DNA of 63,991 nt, filler included, from a bacterium (GTDB lineage Bacteria; UBA9089; CG2-30-40-21; SBAY01): NCBI GenBank assembly GCA_040757115.1. It is 6 parts of 6 records of this genome, joined end to end, with 100 filler letters (N's around TTAATTAATTAA, not from the genome) between each part and the next. Parts side by side here need not be neighbours in the genome. Positions count along the whole stretch, not along the records: positions 1 to 30,697 come from JBFLYA010000020.1; positions 30,798 to 37,514 come from JBFLYA010000204.1; 4 more parts are not named here. The stretch is one strand, 5' to 3'. Positions 21,845-31,401 of this stretch are shown one piece after another. The notes under the pieces are model-generated. The model was given only the letters and a program-made list of their open reading frames with translations, searched no databases and was not told the origin of the DNA. Both the position numbers and the translations under genes were made by a program. Within the stretch, counting starts at the first letter, position 1. Each line of letters starts with the position of its first letter.

Positions 21845-23190
21845 TGTTGAAAGGCTATCCTGAATATAAGGATTCCGGCCTTGCATGGCTGGGGAATATC
21901 CCTAAGCATTGGAAAGTGGGAAGACTCAAGCAAATCTGCCATTTGGCATATGGAGATTCTCTCCCTGATGATGTCCGATTGGCAGGTGAAGTACCTGTCT
22001 ACGGTTCAAATGGGCAGGTTGGTTTCCATTTATCTGCTAACACACTGTCGCCTTGCATCGTCATCGGTCGGAAAGGTTCGTTTGGAAAGGTAAATTACTC
22101 CTTCTGCCCAGTTTTCGCTATCGACACAACTTTCTTTGTGGATAGCCGCTTTACTAAAGCTGATATCCGGTGGCTCTTTTACATCCTGATATGGGCACAT
22201 CTCGATGCTGTCTCCAAAGATGCAGCAGTCCCAGGGCTCAATCGCGGTGAAGCGTATGCACAACTCATACCCTACTGTCCACAGGCAGAACAGCAACACA
22301 TTGCTAATTACCTCGATGCGAAGACTCGCCAGATTAATCGCTTCATCCGTAGCAAGCAGCAGTTGATTAATCTCCTCACCGAACAAAAACAGGCAGTTAT
22401 TAACCAGGCTGTAACTCGAGGTATTGACCCTAATGTCCGGCTTAAACCTTCAGGAATAGATTGGCTTGGGGATATTCCAGAACATTGGATAATGAAACCA
22501 CTTAAACATTGGGTTAAAATTAATACACGGGTTTTACCAGAATCAACGGATCCAAACTACGAATTTTTATATTTGGATATTAGTGCAGTATCAACTGGAT
22601 TTTTGGTAAAAGAACCGGAAAAAATGTTATTTGGTAGTTCTCCTTCAAGAGCTAGAAGAATTCTTAGCAAGGGTGATATTATCATCTCAACTGTAAGGAC
22701 TTATCTAAAAGCGATCTATTTCGTTAAGGAAGATTTGCCAAATTATATCGCATCGACTGGATTTGCTGTTTTGACTCCCAATAAAGAGATATATCCAAAG
22801 TTTCTGAGCTATGTTATTCAAAGTAGATCTTTTATTGATAGTGTGACAGCTAATTCTGTTGGTGTCGCATATCCAGCTATTGCAGAAACTAAACTAGCCA
22901 TGCTTCATCTTGCAATACCTCGAGATTTCATTGAACAACAAGCAATTGTAAAAAAAATAGAAAACGAGATATCGCCACTTGAGAAAGCCATAAATAGAGC
23001 ATTAAGAGAAATAGACCTCATCCGTGAATACCGCACCCGGCTTATTTCTGATGTAGTAACTGGTAAGATTGATGTGCGAGATATTTCGGTAGAACCAACA
23101 GAAGGGCTGGAAGGGTATGAGGAGTTAGATATGCTTGAAGAGGCTGATAAACAGGAAGAAGAAATAAAAGAAATTGAGGAGGATTTGTGA
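21841..23190 (+). CDS. hsdS: Type I R-M specificity subunit
   Basis: YPEYKDSG..WLG.IP.HW repeated; two TRDs; LISDVVTGKIDVR. Confidence 0.92.
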   Translation: MMLKGYPEYKDSGLAWLGNIPKHWKVGRLKQICHLAYGDSLPDDVRLAGEVPVYGSNGQVGFHLSANTLSPCIVIGRKGSFGKVNYSFCPVFAIDTTFFVDSRFTKADIRWLFYILIWAHLDAVSKDAAVPGLNRGEAYAQLIPYCPQAEQQHIANYLDAKTRQINRFIRSKQQLINLLTEQKQAVINQAVTRGIDPNVRLKPSGIDWLGDIPEHWIMKPLKHWVKINTRVLPESTDPNYEFLYLDISAVSTGFLVKEPEKMLFGSSPSRARRILSKGDIIISTVRTYLKAIYFVKEDLPNYIASTGFAVLTPNKEIYPKFLSYVIQSRSFIDSVTANSVGVAYPAIAETKLAMLHLAIPRDFIEQQAIVKKIENEISPLEKAINRALREIDLIREYRTRLISDVVTGKIDVRDISVEPTEGLEGYEELDMLEEADKQEEEIKEIEEDL

Positions 23191-23204
23191 AAGCCAATTA
23201 GGAA

Positions 23205-23357
23205 TCTCGCAAAGGCGCAAAGGACGCAAAGGACGCAAAGTAACAAGGATGAGACTTGGATTATTGATCAATTTCAATGTTGAATTAATTAAGGATGGGA
23301 TTTTACCATGATTGTAAAATAACTTGTAACCTTTGCGAGCTTTACGCCTTTGCGAGA
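23205..23357. repeat. Inverted-repeat-bounded GxxExxY 3' remnant
   Basis: TCTCGCAAAGGCGCAAAG / CTTTACGCCTTTGCGAGA enclosing MRLGLLINFNVELIKDGI. Confidence 0.7.
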
Positions 23358-23492
23358 AATATTAGAATAGTGATAATCGGCAAGATTGATGTTAGAGGAG
23401 AATAACAAGGATAATGAAAAACTTGCACCACTGGTGCAAGAAATTAGGTGGGCTAAAAATATTGTCATGCTTGAATTTTAAGGAGGTCAAAG

Positions 23493-26432
23493 ATGAAGAC
23501 ATCTGATACCAGTGAAAAGGGGCTTGAAAATTTAATCGTTGAGTCTTTAGTTAATGAATCTGGTTATCAACAAGGAATACCAGAAGATTATGACCGAGAG
23601 CATGCCGTTGACCTGACCAAGCTTAAGTCGTTCTTAAAGGCGTCTCAGCCAAATGTTGTTGAATCATTGGGTTTAGACGAAGAAGGTCCAAAGCAGACAC
23701 AATTTCTCCACCGGCTTCAGGGTGAAATCGCAAGACGCGGAATAATTGATGTTCTCCGTAACGGTATAAAACACGGCCCGGCATCAGTAGATTTATTCTA
23801 TGGCGCTCCTACCCCCGGCAATAAGAAAGCAGAAGAGCTCTTCAAGATGAACATTTTTAGCGTTACACGCCAGCTTCAATATAGCAGGGATGAAACTCAA
23901 TTAGCCCTTGATTTAGTAATTTTTATCAACGGTCTACCTCTTGCTACTTTTGAGCTTAAGAATAAGCTTACCAAACAGACCGTTGATGACGCCATACAGC
24001 AATACAAGGAAGACCGTAACCCCAAAGAGCTTTTGTTTTATTTTGGAAGGTGTATAGTCCATTTTGCTGTAGATGACCACGAGGTTTATATGTGCACACA
24101 CCTTAAAGGAAAATCTTCCTGGTTTTTACCATTTAATAAAGGTTACAACGATGGGGCGGGAAATCCTCCTAATCCAAATGGTATTGCTACTGATTATCTA
24201 TGGCAAGAAATCCTTAATAAAGAGAGCTTAACCGATATCATTGAAAACTACGCTCAGAGAGTGGAAGAAAATGATGAAAAAGGTAGAAAAAAACATAAAC
24301 AGATATTTCCTCGTTACCACCAACTTGATGTAGTGCGTAAACTCTTATCTGCCGCGAAAGAAGACGATGTAGGCAAGCGGTATCTTATTCAGCACTCAAC
24401 AGGAAGCGGTAAGAGTAATTCCATAGTCTGGCTTGCCCATCAGTTAATCGGCTTAAAGCACAATGACTCCGAGATATTTAATTCAGTGATTGTTGTTACT
24501 GATAGAATCATTCTTGATAGGCAAATCCGCGATACAGTCAAACAATTCACGCAGGTAGCTGCCACAGTCGGGCATGCTGAACGGGCAGGAGACCTGCGTC
24601 AGTTCTTAGCTTCTAAAAAGAAGATTATTATTACAACTGTCCAAAAATTCCCCTTTATACTTGATGAAATTGGCAATGAACATCGGGGAAGCAGATTTGC
24701 CATCATTATTGATGAGGCACATTCCAGTCAAGGGGGAAGGACATCAGCAAAAATGAATGTTGTCTTATCTGACCATACCATTGATGAAGAAGAGACAATT
24801 GAAGATAAAATTAATCAGATTATGGAATCTCGCAAGATGTTAGGCAATGCCAGTTATTTTGCTTTTACTGCAACTCCAAAGAATAAAACCCTTGAAATAT
24901 TTGGTTATTCTTTTGCAGAAGGAGATAAGGTAAAGCACCGGCCGTTTCATACCTATACAATGAAACAGGCAATCCAAGAAGGTTTTATTATTGATGTGCT
25001 TAAACATTATACACCTGTTGAAAGCTATTATAGATTAATAAAGACTGTTGAATACGACCCGGAATTCGATACCCGCAAAGCCAAAAAGAAACTCAGGAGA
25101 TATGTAGAGTCGCATAGTTATGCGATTAGAGAAAAGGCAGAAATAATGATTGACCATTTTCACGATTCTGTCCTATCCCATCATAAAATTGGTGGTCAGG
25201 CAAGGGCGATGGTTGTCACAGGTAGCATTGAGCGGGCATATCAATATTATCAGGCGTTTGTTAGCTACTTACGAGAAAGAAAAAGCCCTTATAAGGCAAT
25301 AGTGGCATTCTCTGGAGAGCATGAATTTGGAGGCTGTAGGGTTACTGAAACCTCTCTGAATGCATTTCCGAGTAAAGAGATTCCAAAGAGGTTTATTCAA
25401 AACCCTTATCGCTTTTTAATAGCTGCTGATAAATTTCAGACCGGCTATGATGAACCGCTCCTTCATACTATGTATGTTGATAAGCAACTGACAGGGATTA
25501 AGGCTGTGCAGACTCTTTCTCGGTTAAATCGGGCACACCCGCTTAAATATGATACCTTTACCCTTGATTTTATGAACGATGCCGATACAATTCAAGCGGC
25601 CTTCGCAGACTATTATCGGACAACTATCCTCAGCGAAGAAACTGATCCAAATAAATTACACGACCTTAAGGCTGCTCTTGATGCCTGACAGGTCTATAAC
25701 CCTGCTCAAGTTGAAGATGTTGTAACACTATATTTAAATGGAACAGGCAGGGAACAACTCGACCCTATACTTGATGAGTGCGTGGCTGTATATACATCTG
25801 AGTTAGATGAAGATAGCCAGGTTGATTTTAAAGGAAAGGCTAAGGCATTTGTTAGAACTTACAATTTCCTTGCCTGCATATTACCTTATACAAATGCTGA
25901 ATGGGAAAAACTATCCATATTCCTAAATTTTCTCATACCCAAGCTGCCAGCGCCGATAGAGGATGATTTCTCAAAAGGCATACTTCAAACCGTAGATATG
26001 GATAGCTATCGTGTTGAGGTGCAGGCAACTATACAGATTAAACTTCAAGATCAGAATTCTGAAATAGGTCCGGTGCCTACCAGTGGAGGTGGAGGCATAG
26101 CAGAACCAGAGATGGATTTACTAAGCAATATTATCAAAACATTTAACGACCAATTTGGCAACCTTGATTGGAAAGATAAGGATAAAATAGTTAAAGAGAT
26201 TAGTGAGGGAATTCCGGTAAAGGTTTCAGCAGATAAAGCATATCAAAACGCTATTAAGCATTCGGATAAACAGAACGCCCGCATTGAATATGACAAAGCT
26301 TTACAGCGAGTAATGACGGCATTGGTATTAGATTATACTGAATTGTTCAAACAGTTTAGCGATAACCCTTCTTTTAAGAGATGGCTTTCAGATTCAGTAT
26401 TTAATCTGACTTATGCAACAGCAAATAGATAG
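23493..26432 (+). pseudogene. hsdR: Type I R-M restriction subunit with in-frame TGA at 25686-25688
   Basis: ELKN, QHSTGSGKS, DEAH, FTATP, QTLSRLNR; 25782..26432 lies in the same frame with no other stop between. Confidence 0.88.
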
Positions 26433-26479
26433 GAAGAACAAAAAAAACTCATCGAAATCTTTGAAGCAAAAATCAAAGC

Positions 26480-26799
26480 AGTCAACTGAGATAACAAAAG
26501 CCATCACGCAGGCGACAAGATATATTTACGAAGTGGAGCGTGAGGCAAACAGCGTTAAATTCTTGGAGAGAATGGACAATGTCAAAACTATAAAGCCTCG
26601 CTGTATTTTGATATTTGGTAGATCAAATAACTGGAATGATGAGCAAAAAGAGGCATATCGCATTTTAAATTCAAGTTATCACAATTTAATGATAATGACT
26701 TATGACCATGTATTATTGAGAGCAAAGAGGATTTTAAATATTGACACACCGGAAGATTTGGAACGAAATACAGAGGGAATGGATGATGTGCCGTTTTGA
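26480..26799 (+). pseudogene. Shedu (SduA/DUF4263)-like C-terminal fragment
   Basis: EITKAITQATRY, KPRCILIFGRS, LMIMTYDHVLLRAK; N-terminal catalytic part missing. Confidence 0.7.
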
Positions 26800-26913
26800 A
26801 AATTTCAAGACTATGATAAAGAACCAGAATTGTAGTGCTTGACATCATCTTCTTTAATCCTGACAATCTGCGGTAATCTGCGTCCTATAAAGAGAAAGGT
26901 AAGGAAGGTATAG

Positions 26914-27072
26914 ATGCTATACTTATATCTTGATGAAAGTGGAGATTTAGGGTTTGATTTCGTGAATAAGAAACCATCAAAGTATTTCACGATAGCCATT
27001 CTTGTGGTAAAAGGATATGAAGAAAACCGATTACTGTTAAAGGCAGTAAAGAAAACTTTAAGTCGAAGATAA
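26914..27072 (+). pseudogene. DUF3800-family remnant, copy 2
   Basis: MLYLYLDESGDLG...; same truncation as copy 1. Confidence 0.8.
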
Positions 27073-27096
27073 GGTATGATTCTGTTTATTTGCCAT

Positions 27097-27194
27097 AAAA
27101 AAAAGAGCGTGCCTTGTGAGCTTGTTGCGCTGTGGCTTTTGCCAACCGATGGATGGGAACACCACAGACAACCCACAACGGGCTTACCGCTCAA
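27097..27194 (-). ncRNA. Putative DUF3800-associated structured RNA, copy 2
   Basis: Differs from copy 1 by about one substitution and a longer U-tract; promoter TTGACA-17-TATATT at 27200-27228 (minus). Confidence 0.65.
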
Positions 27195-27379
27195 TTAATA
27201 ATATACTACATTTTGCTTCATTTGTCAAGCACTTTTTTTCAAAGTCAAAGTCGAGTTGTCATTTGCATTACATTTTCTATCAAAAACAGGAGCGATTAAC
27301 CCAAACCTCCGGAAGAAGCGGTCCAATTATTAGAGGACAAAGAAACCCAAATGGTTAAATACATGATTGGAGAAAAGAT

Positions 27380-28795
27380 ATGACTAAAGAACAACTCTAT
27401 AAACTAATTGCTCAAGGTGAAGGGCAGCGGTTAGAGTTCAAAAAATCTGTGGCTGAATTGAACAGAATCATTCAGACCCTGGCTGCCTTTGCTAATACCA
27501 ATTCCGATGGCGGATGTGTCCTCATTGGAATAGGGGATAGTGGCAGAGTCAAAGAAGTGATAATTGGCAGAGAAACAGTAAGGCAAATAGCCAATAAAAT
27601 CGCAGCTCATACTGACCCTGTTCTTTACCCTGAGATTGAAGTGATAAAGGAATCGGGGAATAAAGGTATCATCGTAATCACCATAGATGGAAGTCCTAAT
27701 AAACCCCATTTAGCCTTTGGCCGGGCATATAAAAGGGTAGGCTCTACCACCACACAAATGACCAGGGATGAATATGAGAGGTTGTTGTTAGTAAAACATG
27801 AAAATAAGTTTCAATTCGATTCTCAGGTTTGTGAAGGATCTACCATTGAAGATATTGACGAAGAAAAGATGAAATGGTTTTTGAGAATTGCAAGAGCAAA
27901 AAGGGGGGTAACATTAAACGACGAGATCTCTGTGGAGGAATTTCTAATACATCTACAGCTTGTAAGTAAAGCTGGGTTGACTAATGCGGCAGTTATGTTG
28001 TTTGGCAAAAGTCCACATCGGTTTTTCTTGCAATCTGAAATTAAATGTATTGCTTTGCCTACTATGGAGTTTATAAAACCCTACACTACTTATCAGGCTC
28101 ATGGAGGTAATTTATTTGAACAGGCTGATAAAACATTGGCATTTATTCTTGATAATATAAAAAGACCACTATGGATTAAAGCAGGAGAAATGACAGCGAG
28201 ACACCCTTATGAAATACCTGAAGAAGCAGTACGAGAGGCAGTCGTTAATGCCATCATCCATAGAGATTATATGAGCCCTTCCAAGGTGCAAATCAGAGTA
28301 TTTCCAAACAGAGTTGAGATATGGAATCCAGGAAAGCTGCCACCTCAACTAAGCGTTGATGATCTAAGGAAACCCCATCCGTCGCTACCGTACAACCCTT
28401 TACTTTTCAGACAGTTTTATAGAGCCAGTTATGTTGAAGATGTTGGCGGTGGAACTATCGATATCATTAAGAGTTGCACGGACGCCAACTTACCGGAACC
28501 AAAATTTGAACAGAAAATGGGAAGTTTTATTCTTACAATATATCGTTCACCCTTGACAGACGAATATCTTGATAATAAGAAGCTCAGTGAGAGGCAAAAG
28601 AATTCGATTAGTCATATTGAGAAGCATGGAAAGATGGGGCGGAAAGAATATGAAGAATTATACAATGTTTCAGGAAGAACTGCTAACAGAGAATTGAATG
28701 ATTTGTCTAAGAAAGGTCTAATCAAAAAAATAGGTAGTGGCCCAGGCACATACTATGTTTTGGCGAGATATGGCGAGATATGGCGAGATAAATAA
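27380..28795 (+). CDS. AlbA_2 (Schlafen-like) + HATPase_c_4 + wHTH protein (RecG-C-terminal-like ATP-binding protein)
   Basis: GEGQRLEFK, AFANT..GG.VLIG, REAVVNAIIHRDY, EIWNPG, TANRELNDL. Confidence 0.88.
   Translation: MTKEQLYKLIAQGEGQRLEFKKSVAELNRIIQTLAAFANTNSDGGCVLIGIGDSGRVKEVIIGRETVRQIANKIAAHTDPVLYPEIEVIKESGNKGIIVITIDGSPNKPHLAFGRAYKRVGSTTTQMTRDEYERLLLVKHENKFQFDSQVCEGSTIEDIDEEKMKWFLRIARAKRGVTLNDEISVEEFLIHLQLVSKAGLTNAAVMLFGKSPHRFFLQSEIKCIALPTMEFIKPYTTYQAHGGNLFEQADKTLAFILDNIKRPLWIKAGEMTARHPYEIPEEAVREAVVNAIIHRDYMSPSKVQIRVFPNRVEIWNPGKLPPQLSVDDLRKPHPSLPYNPLLFRQFYRASYVEDVGGGTIDIIKSCTDANLPEPKFEQKMGSFILTIYRSPLTDEYLDNKKLSERQKNSISHIEKHGKMGRKEYEELYNVSGRTANRELNDLSKKGLIKKIGSGPGTYYVLARYGEIWRDK
28761..28790 (+). 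repeat. Perfect 10-bp tandem repeat x3
   Basis: TGGCGAGATA x3 at the end of the gene. Confidence 0.95.
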
Positions 28796-28800
28796 AAAAT

Positions 28801-28916
28801 AGAAGAAGCAATGCAATTATTAGAGGACAAAGAAACCCAAATGGTTAAATACATGATTGGAGAAACGCTATGACCAAAGAACAACTCCATAAACTAATTG
28901 CCCAGGGAGGAGGGCA
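28801..28916 (+). repeat. Third, partial copy of the AlbA_2 leader and first codons
   Basis: Matches 17096-17211 (MTKEQLHKLIAQG). Confidence 0.9.
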
Positions 28917-28937
28917 ATTTTAAAGAGGTAATTTACT

Positions 28938-30032
28938 ATGAGAAAAGAAGAGATAACCACAGGAGTTTATAATGACTTTCTTGGCAGGATTGCTAAGATT
29001 CTGGTTGAGGCAAGAACTAAGGTAACAAGAGAGATAAACACGACTCAGGTATTAGCCTATTGGGAGATTGGCAGAGAGATTGTCGAGTTTGAGCAGAAAG
29101 GTAAGGCACGGGCGGAATATGGTGGAAAGGTTCTTATCAAGTTATCTGATGATTTAACACAAAAATTTGGCAGGGGTTTCTCTATGGATAATTTGCAGTT
29201 AATGAGAAGGTTTTACTCAACATATCCAGATAAATTTCAAATTTACGAGACAGCGTCTCGTAAATCTCTTCAACAGACCTTGTCTGACCAATTTGTACCA
29301 ATGCTATCCTGGTCATGCTATTGTGAATTGTTAAAAGTAGATGAACCTCTTGCTCGATCTTTTTACGAGCAAGAAGCAATTCAAAGTAACTGGTCAGTAA
29401 GAGAATTAAAAAGACAGATTAACTCAATGCTCTTTGAACGACTGGCTCTTAGTAAAGATACCAAAGCAGTAATGGAGATGGCAAAGGAAGGACAGATTAT
29501 AGAAAAGCCAGAGGATGCAATTAAAGACCCTTATATCCTGGAGTTTCTTAATCTTAAGGAAGAGACATCTTATACAGAAAACCAATTAGAACAAGCGATT
29601 ATTGATAAACTCCAACATTTCCTTCTGGAGATGGGTAAGGGTTTTAGTTTTGTCGCCCACCAAAAGAGAATAACTATCGCTAATCGGCATTATTATATTG
29701 ATCTGGTCTTCTATAACCGCTTCTTGCGATGTTTTGTCTTGATAGACTTAAAGAGTGGTGAGCTTGACCACGCTGATATTGGTCAGATGAATTTCTACCT
29801 GAACTATTACAAGGAGAATGAGAAGACAGAAGAAGAGAATGACCCCATAGGTCTTGTTCTCTGTGCCAAGAAAGATGATATCTTTGCCAAGTATATCTTA
29901 GGCGGATTAAACAACAAGGTCTTTGCTTCCAAGTATAAATTGGCACTACCCTCGGAGAAGGAACTAAGTAGTAAGCTCAAATCAATCCCATTATTAGTGG
30001 AGGAACAACATGACCAAAGACCAACTCTATAG
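28938..30032 (+). CDS. DUF1016/YhcG PD-(D/E)xK nuclease
   Basis: AYWEIG, WSVRELKRQ, KDPYILEFL, IDLVFYNRFLRCFVLIDLK, GQMNFY. Confidence 0.9.
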   Translation: MRKEEITTGVYNDFLGRIAKILVEARTKVTREINTTQVLAYWEIGREIVEFEQKGKARAEYGGKVLIKLSDDLTQKFGRGFSMDNLQLMRRFYSTYPDKFQIYETASRKSLQQTLSDQFVPMLSWSCYCELLKVDEPLARSFYEQEAIQSNWSVRELKRQINSMLFERLALSKDTKAVMEMAKEGQIIEKPEDAIKDPYILEFLNLKEETSYTENQLEQAIIDKLQHFLLEMGKGFSFVAHQKRITIANRHYYIDLVFYNRFLRCFVLIDLKSGELDHADIGQMNFYLNYYKENEKTEEENDPIGLVLCAKKDDIFAKYILGGLNNKVFASKYKLALPSEKELSSKLKSIPLLVEEQHDQRPTL

Positions 30033-30574
30033 GGAGGGAAAAAGAGGGAAGAGGGGACAGGCTACTTTTTAGGAATTGGGAGCAATAGATGAAGGATACC
30101 AGATCCGGAAAGCTGAAAGCAGAATTTAGCAATCACCCATCGGATGGTGGGACTTTTTTAGTAGCTTTGTTGAGTTTATTAACTTATCAACCAGCCCCAA
30201 AGAACGATTTGAATTCAGCGGAAAAATATCGAGAAGGTTTATCTGTTCTCTTCTGAATACAGAATTTGTATAACTTTTATGGCTTCGCCGAGGAAGAGAC
30301 AGCCATTGTGGGGAAGCGTCTTAAAGGAGCAAAATAATGGCAAGCAAAAAAGAAACGATACTAAAATCTGATTACCTTCAATTCTTAAAAGAGATAAAGG
30401 GAAATTGGGGCACGTTGTTGAATTTATTGATTTATTCATGTCAAAGAGCGCAGGATCATAAGAGATAAAGTTAGCAATTCTCGGTGAATTTTTAGAGACT
30501 GAATTTACCTATGTTTAGGAGAGACAGAAAAAATATTTTTCGTAAAGATTTTGAGAGAAAAATAAGGAATAATG

Positions 30575-30697
30575 GTAAGCGTTCAGGTGGTGTAACAAAA
30601 GGAGATGTGGAGATTAAGGAGATAGGGAGATATTATTAAAAAAATTGAAATTAATAGAAACTAATAGAAATTTATGGAAATTTGTTGTTTTCCACAA
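30575..30697 (+). mobile_element. Left part of a multi-copy MITE at a contig end
   Basis: GTAAGCGTTCAGG end; identical inverted copy at 30798-30917; overlaps sequence at 57991-58050. Confidence 0.75.
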
Positions 30698-30797
30698 NNN
30701 NNNNNNNNNNNNNNNNNNNNNNNNNNNNNNNNNNNNNNNNNTTAATTAATTAANNNNNNNNNNNNNNNNNNNNNNNNNNNNNNNNNNNNNNNNNNNN

Positions 30798-30917
30798 TGG
30801 AAAACAACAAATTTCCATAAATTTCTATTAGTTTCTATTAATTTCAATTTTTTTAATAATATCTCCCTATCTCCTTAATCTCCACATCTCCTTTTGTTAC
30901 ACCACCTGAACGCTTAC
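30798..30917 (-). mobile_element. Left part of the same MITE at the start of the next contig
   Basis: Reverse complement of 30575-30694. Confidence 0.75.
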
Positions 30918-30984
30918 AAAAAATTGGATTATTTCAAGGAGTTTTTGTGCGAAGATTTTTTACTCTTCAGGACTGAAAAAATTG

Positions 30985-31196
30985 GTAACTATTCACCACG
31001 AAGGGCACGGAGAGCACGAAGTGAAATTTGATGAATTATCGAATTCATGAAGCTCAAATATTGACATATATGAAATTGGCAAATATCAAGGTTGGTCTAT
31101 TGATAAATTTCAATGTGGAAAGATTGAAAGAAGGCATAAAGAGATTTGTTCTGTAACATCTTCATGTCCTTCGTGCTCTTCGTGGTGAATAGTTAC
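30985..31196 (+). mobile_element. MITE-like element carrying an internally deleted GxxExxY gene
   Basis: Perfect 19-bp TIR GTAACTATTCACCACGAAG; encodes VKFDELSN joined to HEAQILTYMKLANIKVGLLINFNVERLKEGIKRFVL*. Confidence 0.8.
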
Positions 31197-31208
31197 ATAA
31201 AAGATTAA

Positions 31209-31396
31209 GTAATCGTTTAGGTAACAGGAATAATATTGAATATCGAATGTAGAATGATGAAGTTTCTGGATTTTTCTGTTTGGCCGTTTTTATACTTTGA
31301 ACATTCTACATTCGATATTCTACATTCTACATTCAATATTTTGTAAGTGTTCCGAAATCTCGATCAATATTAGTAACTCAAGACCTGAACGGTTAC
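31209..31396. mobile_element. MITE-like element with inverted 7-mer repeat arms
   Basis: Ends GTAATCGTTTAGG / CCTGAACGGTTAC; GAATATC/GAATGTA versus TACATTC/GATATTC repeats. Confidence 0.65.
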
Positions 31397-31401
31397 TTTC
31401 T

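Larger units (their letters stand above)
26751..27905 (+). repeat. ~1.1 kb direct repeat, copy 2
   Basis: Matches 16542-17690 at an offset of about 10.2 kb. Confidence 0.95.

Noticed and set aside
5066-25688. TGA recoding (TGA at a Gly position in GxxExxY; in-frame TGA in hsdR)
   Set aside because: Many genes end cleanly at TGA with ATGA overlaps and other long ORFs lack internal TGA; these are point mutations
30075-30570. ORF 30239..30439 and surrounding sequence
   Set aside because: Looks like decayed gene fragments; no family recognisable by eye
30741-30752. TTAATTAATTAA, also inside four other gaps
   Set aside because: Artificial six-frame stop linker; it also makes synteny across those gaps unreliable
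30575-30917. Perfect ~120 bp inverted repeat around a gap
   Set aside because: Two contigs each ending in the same multi-copy element, joined by a linker; not a real palindrome
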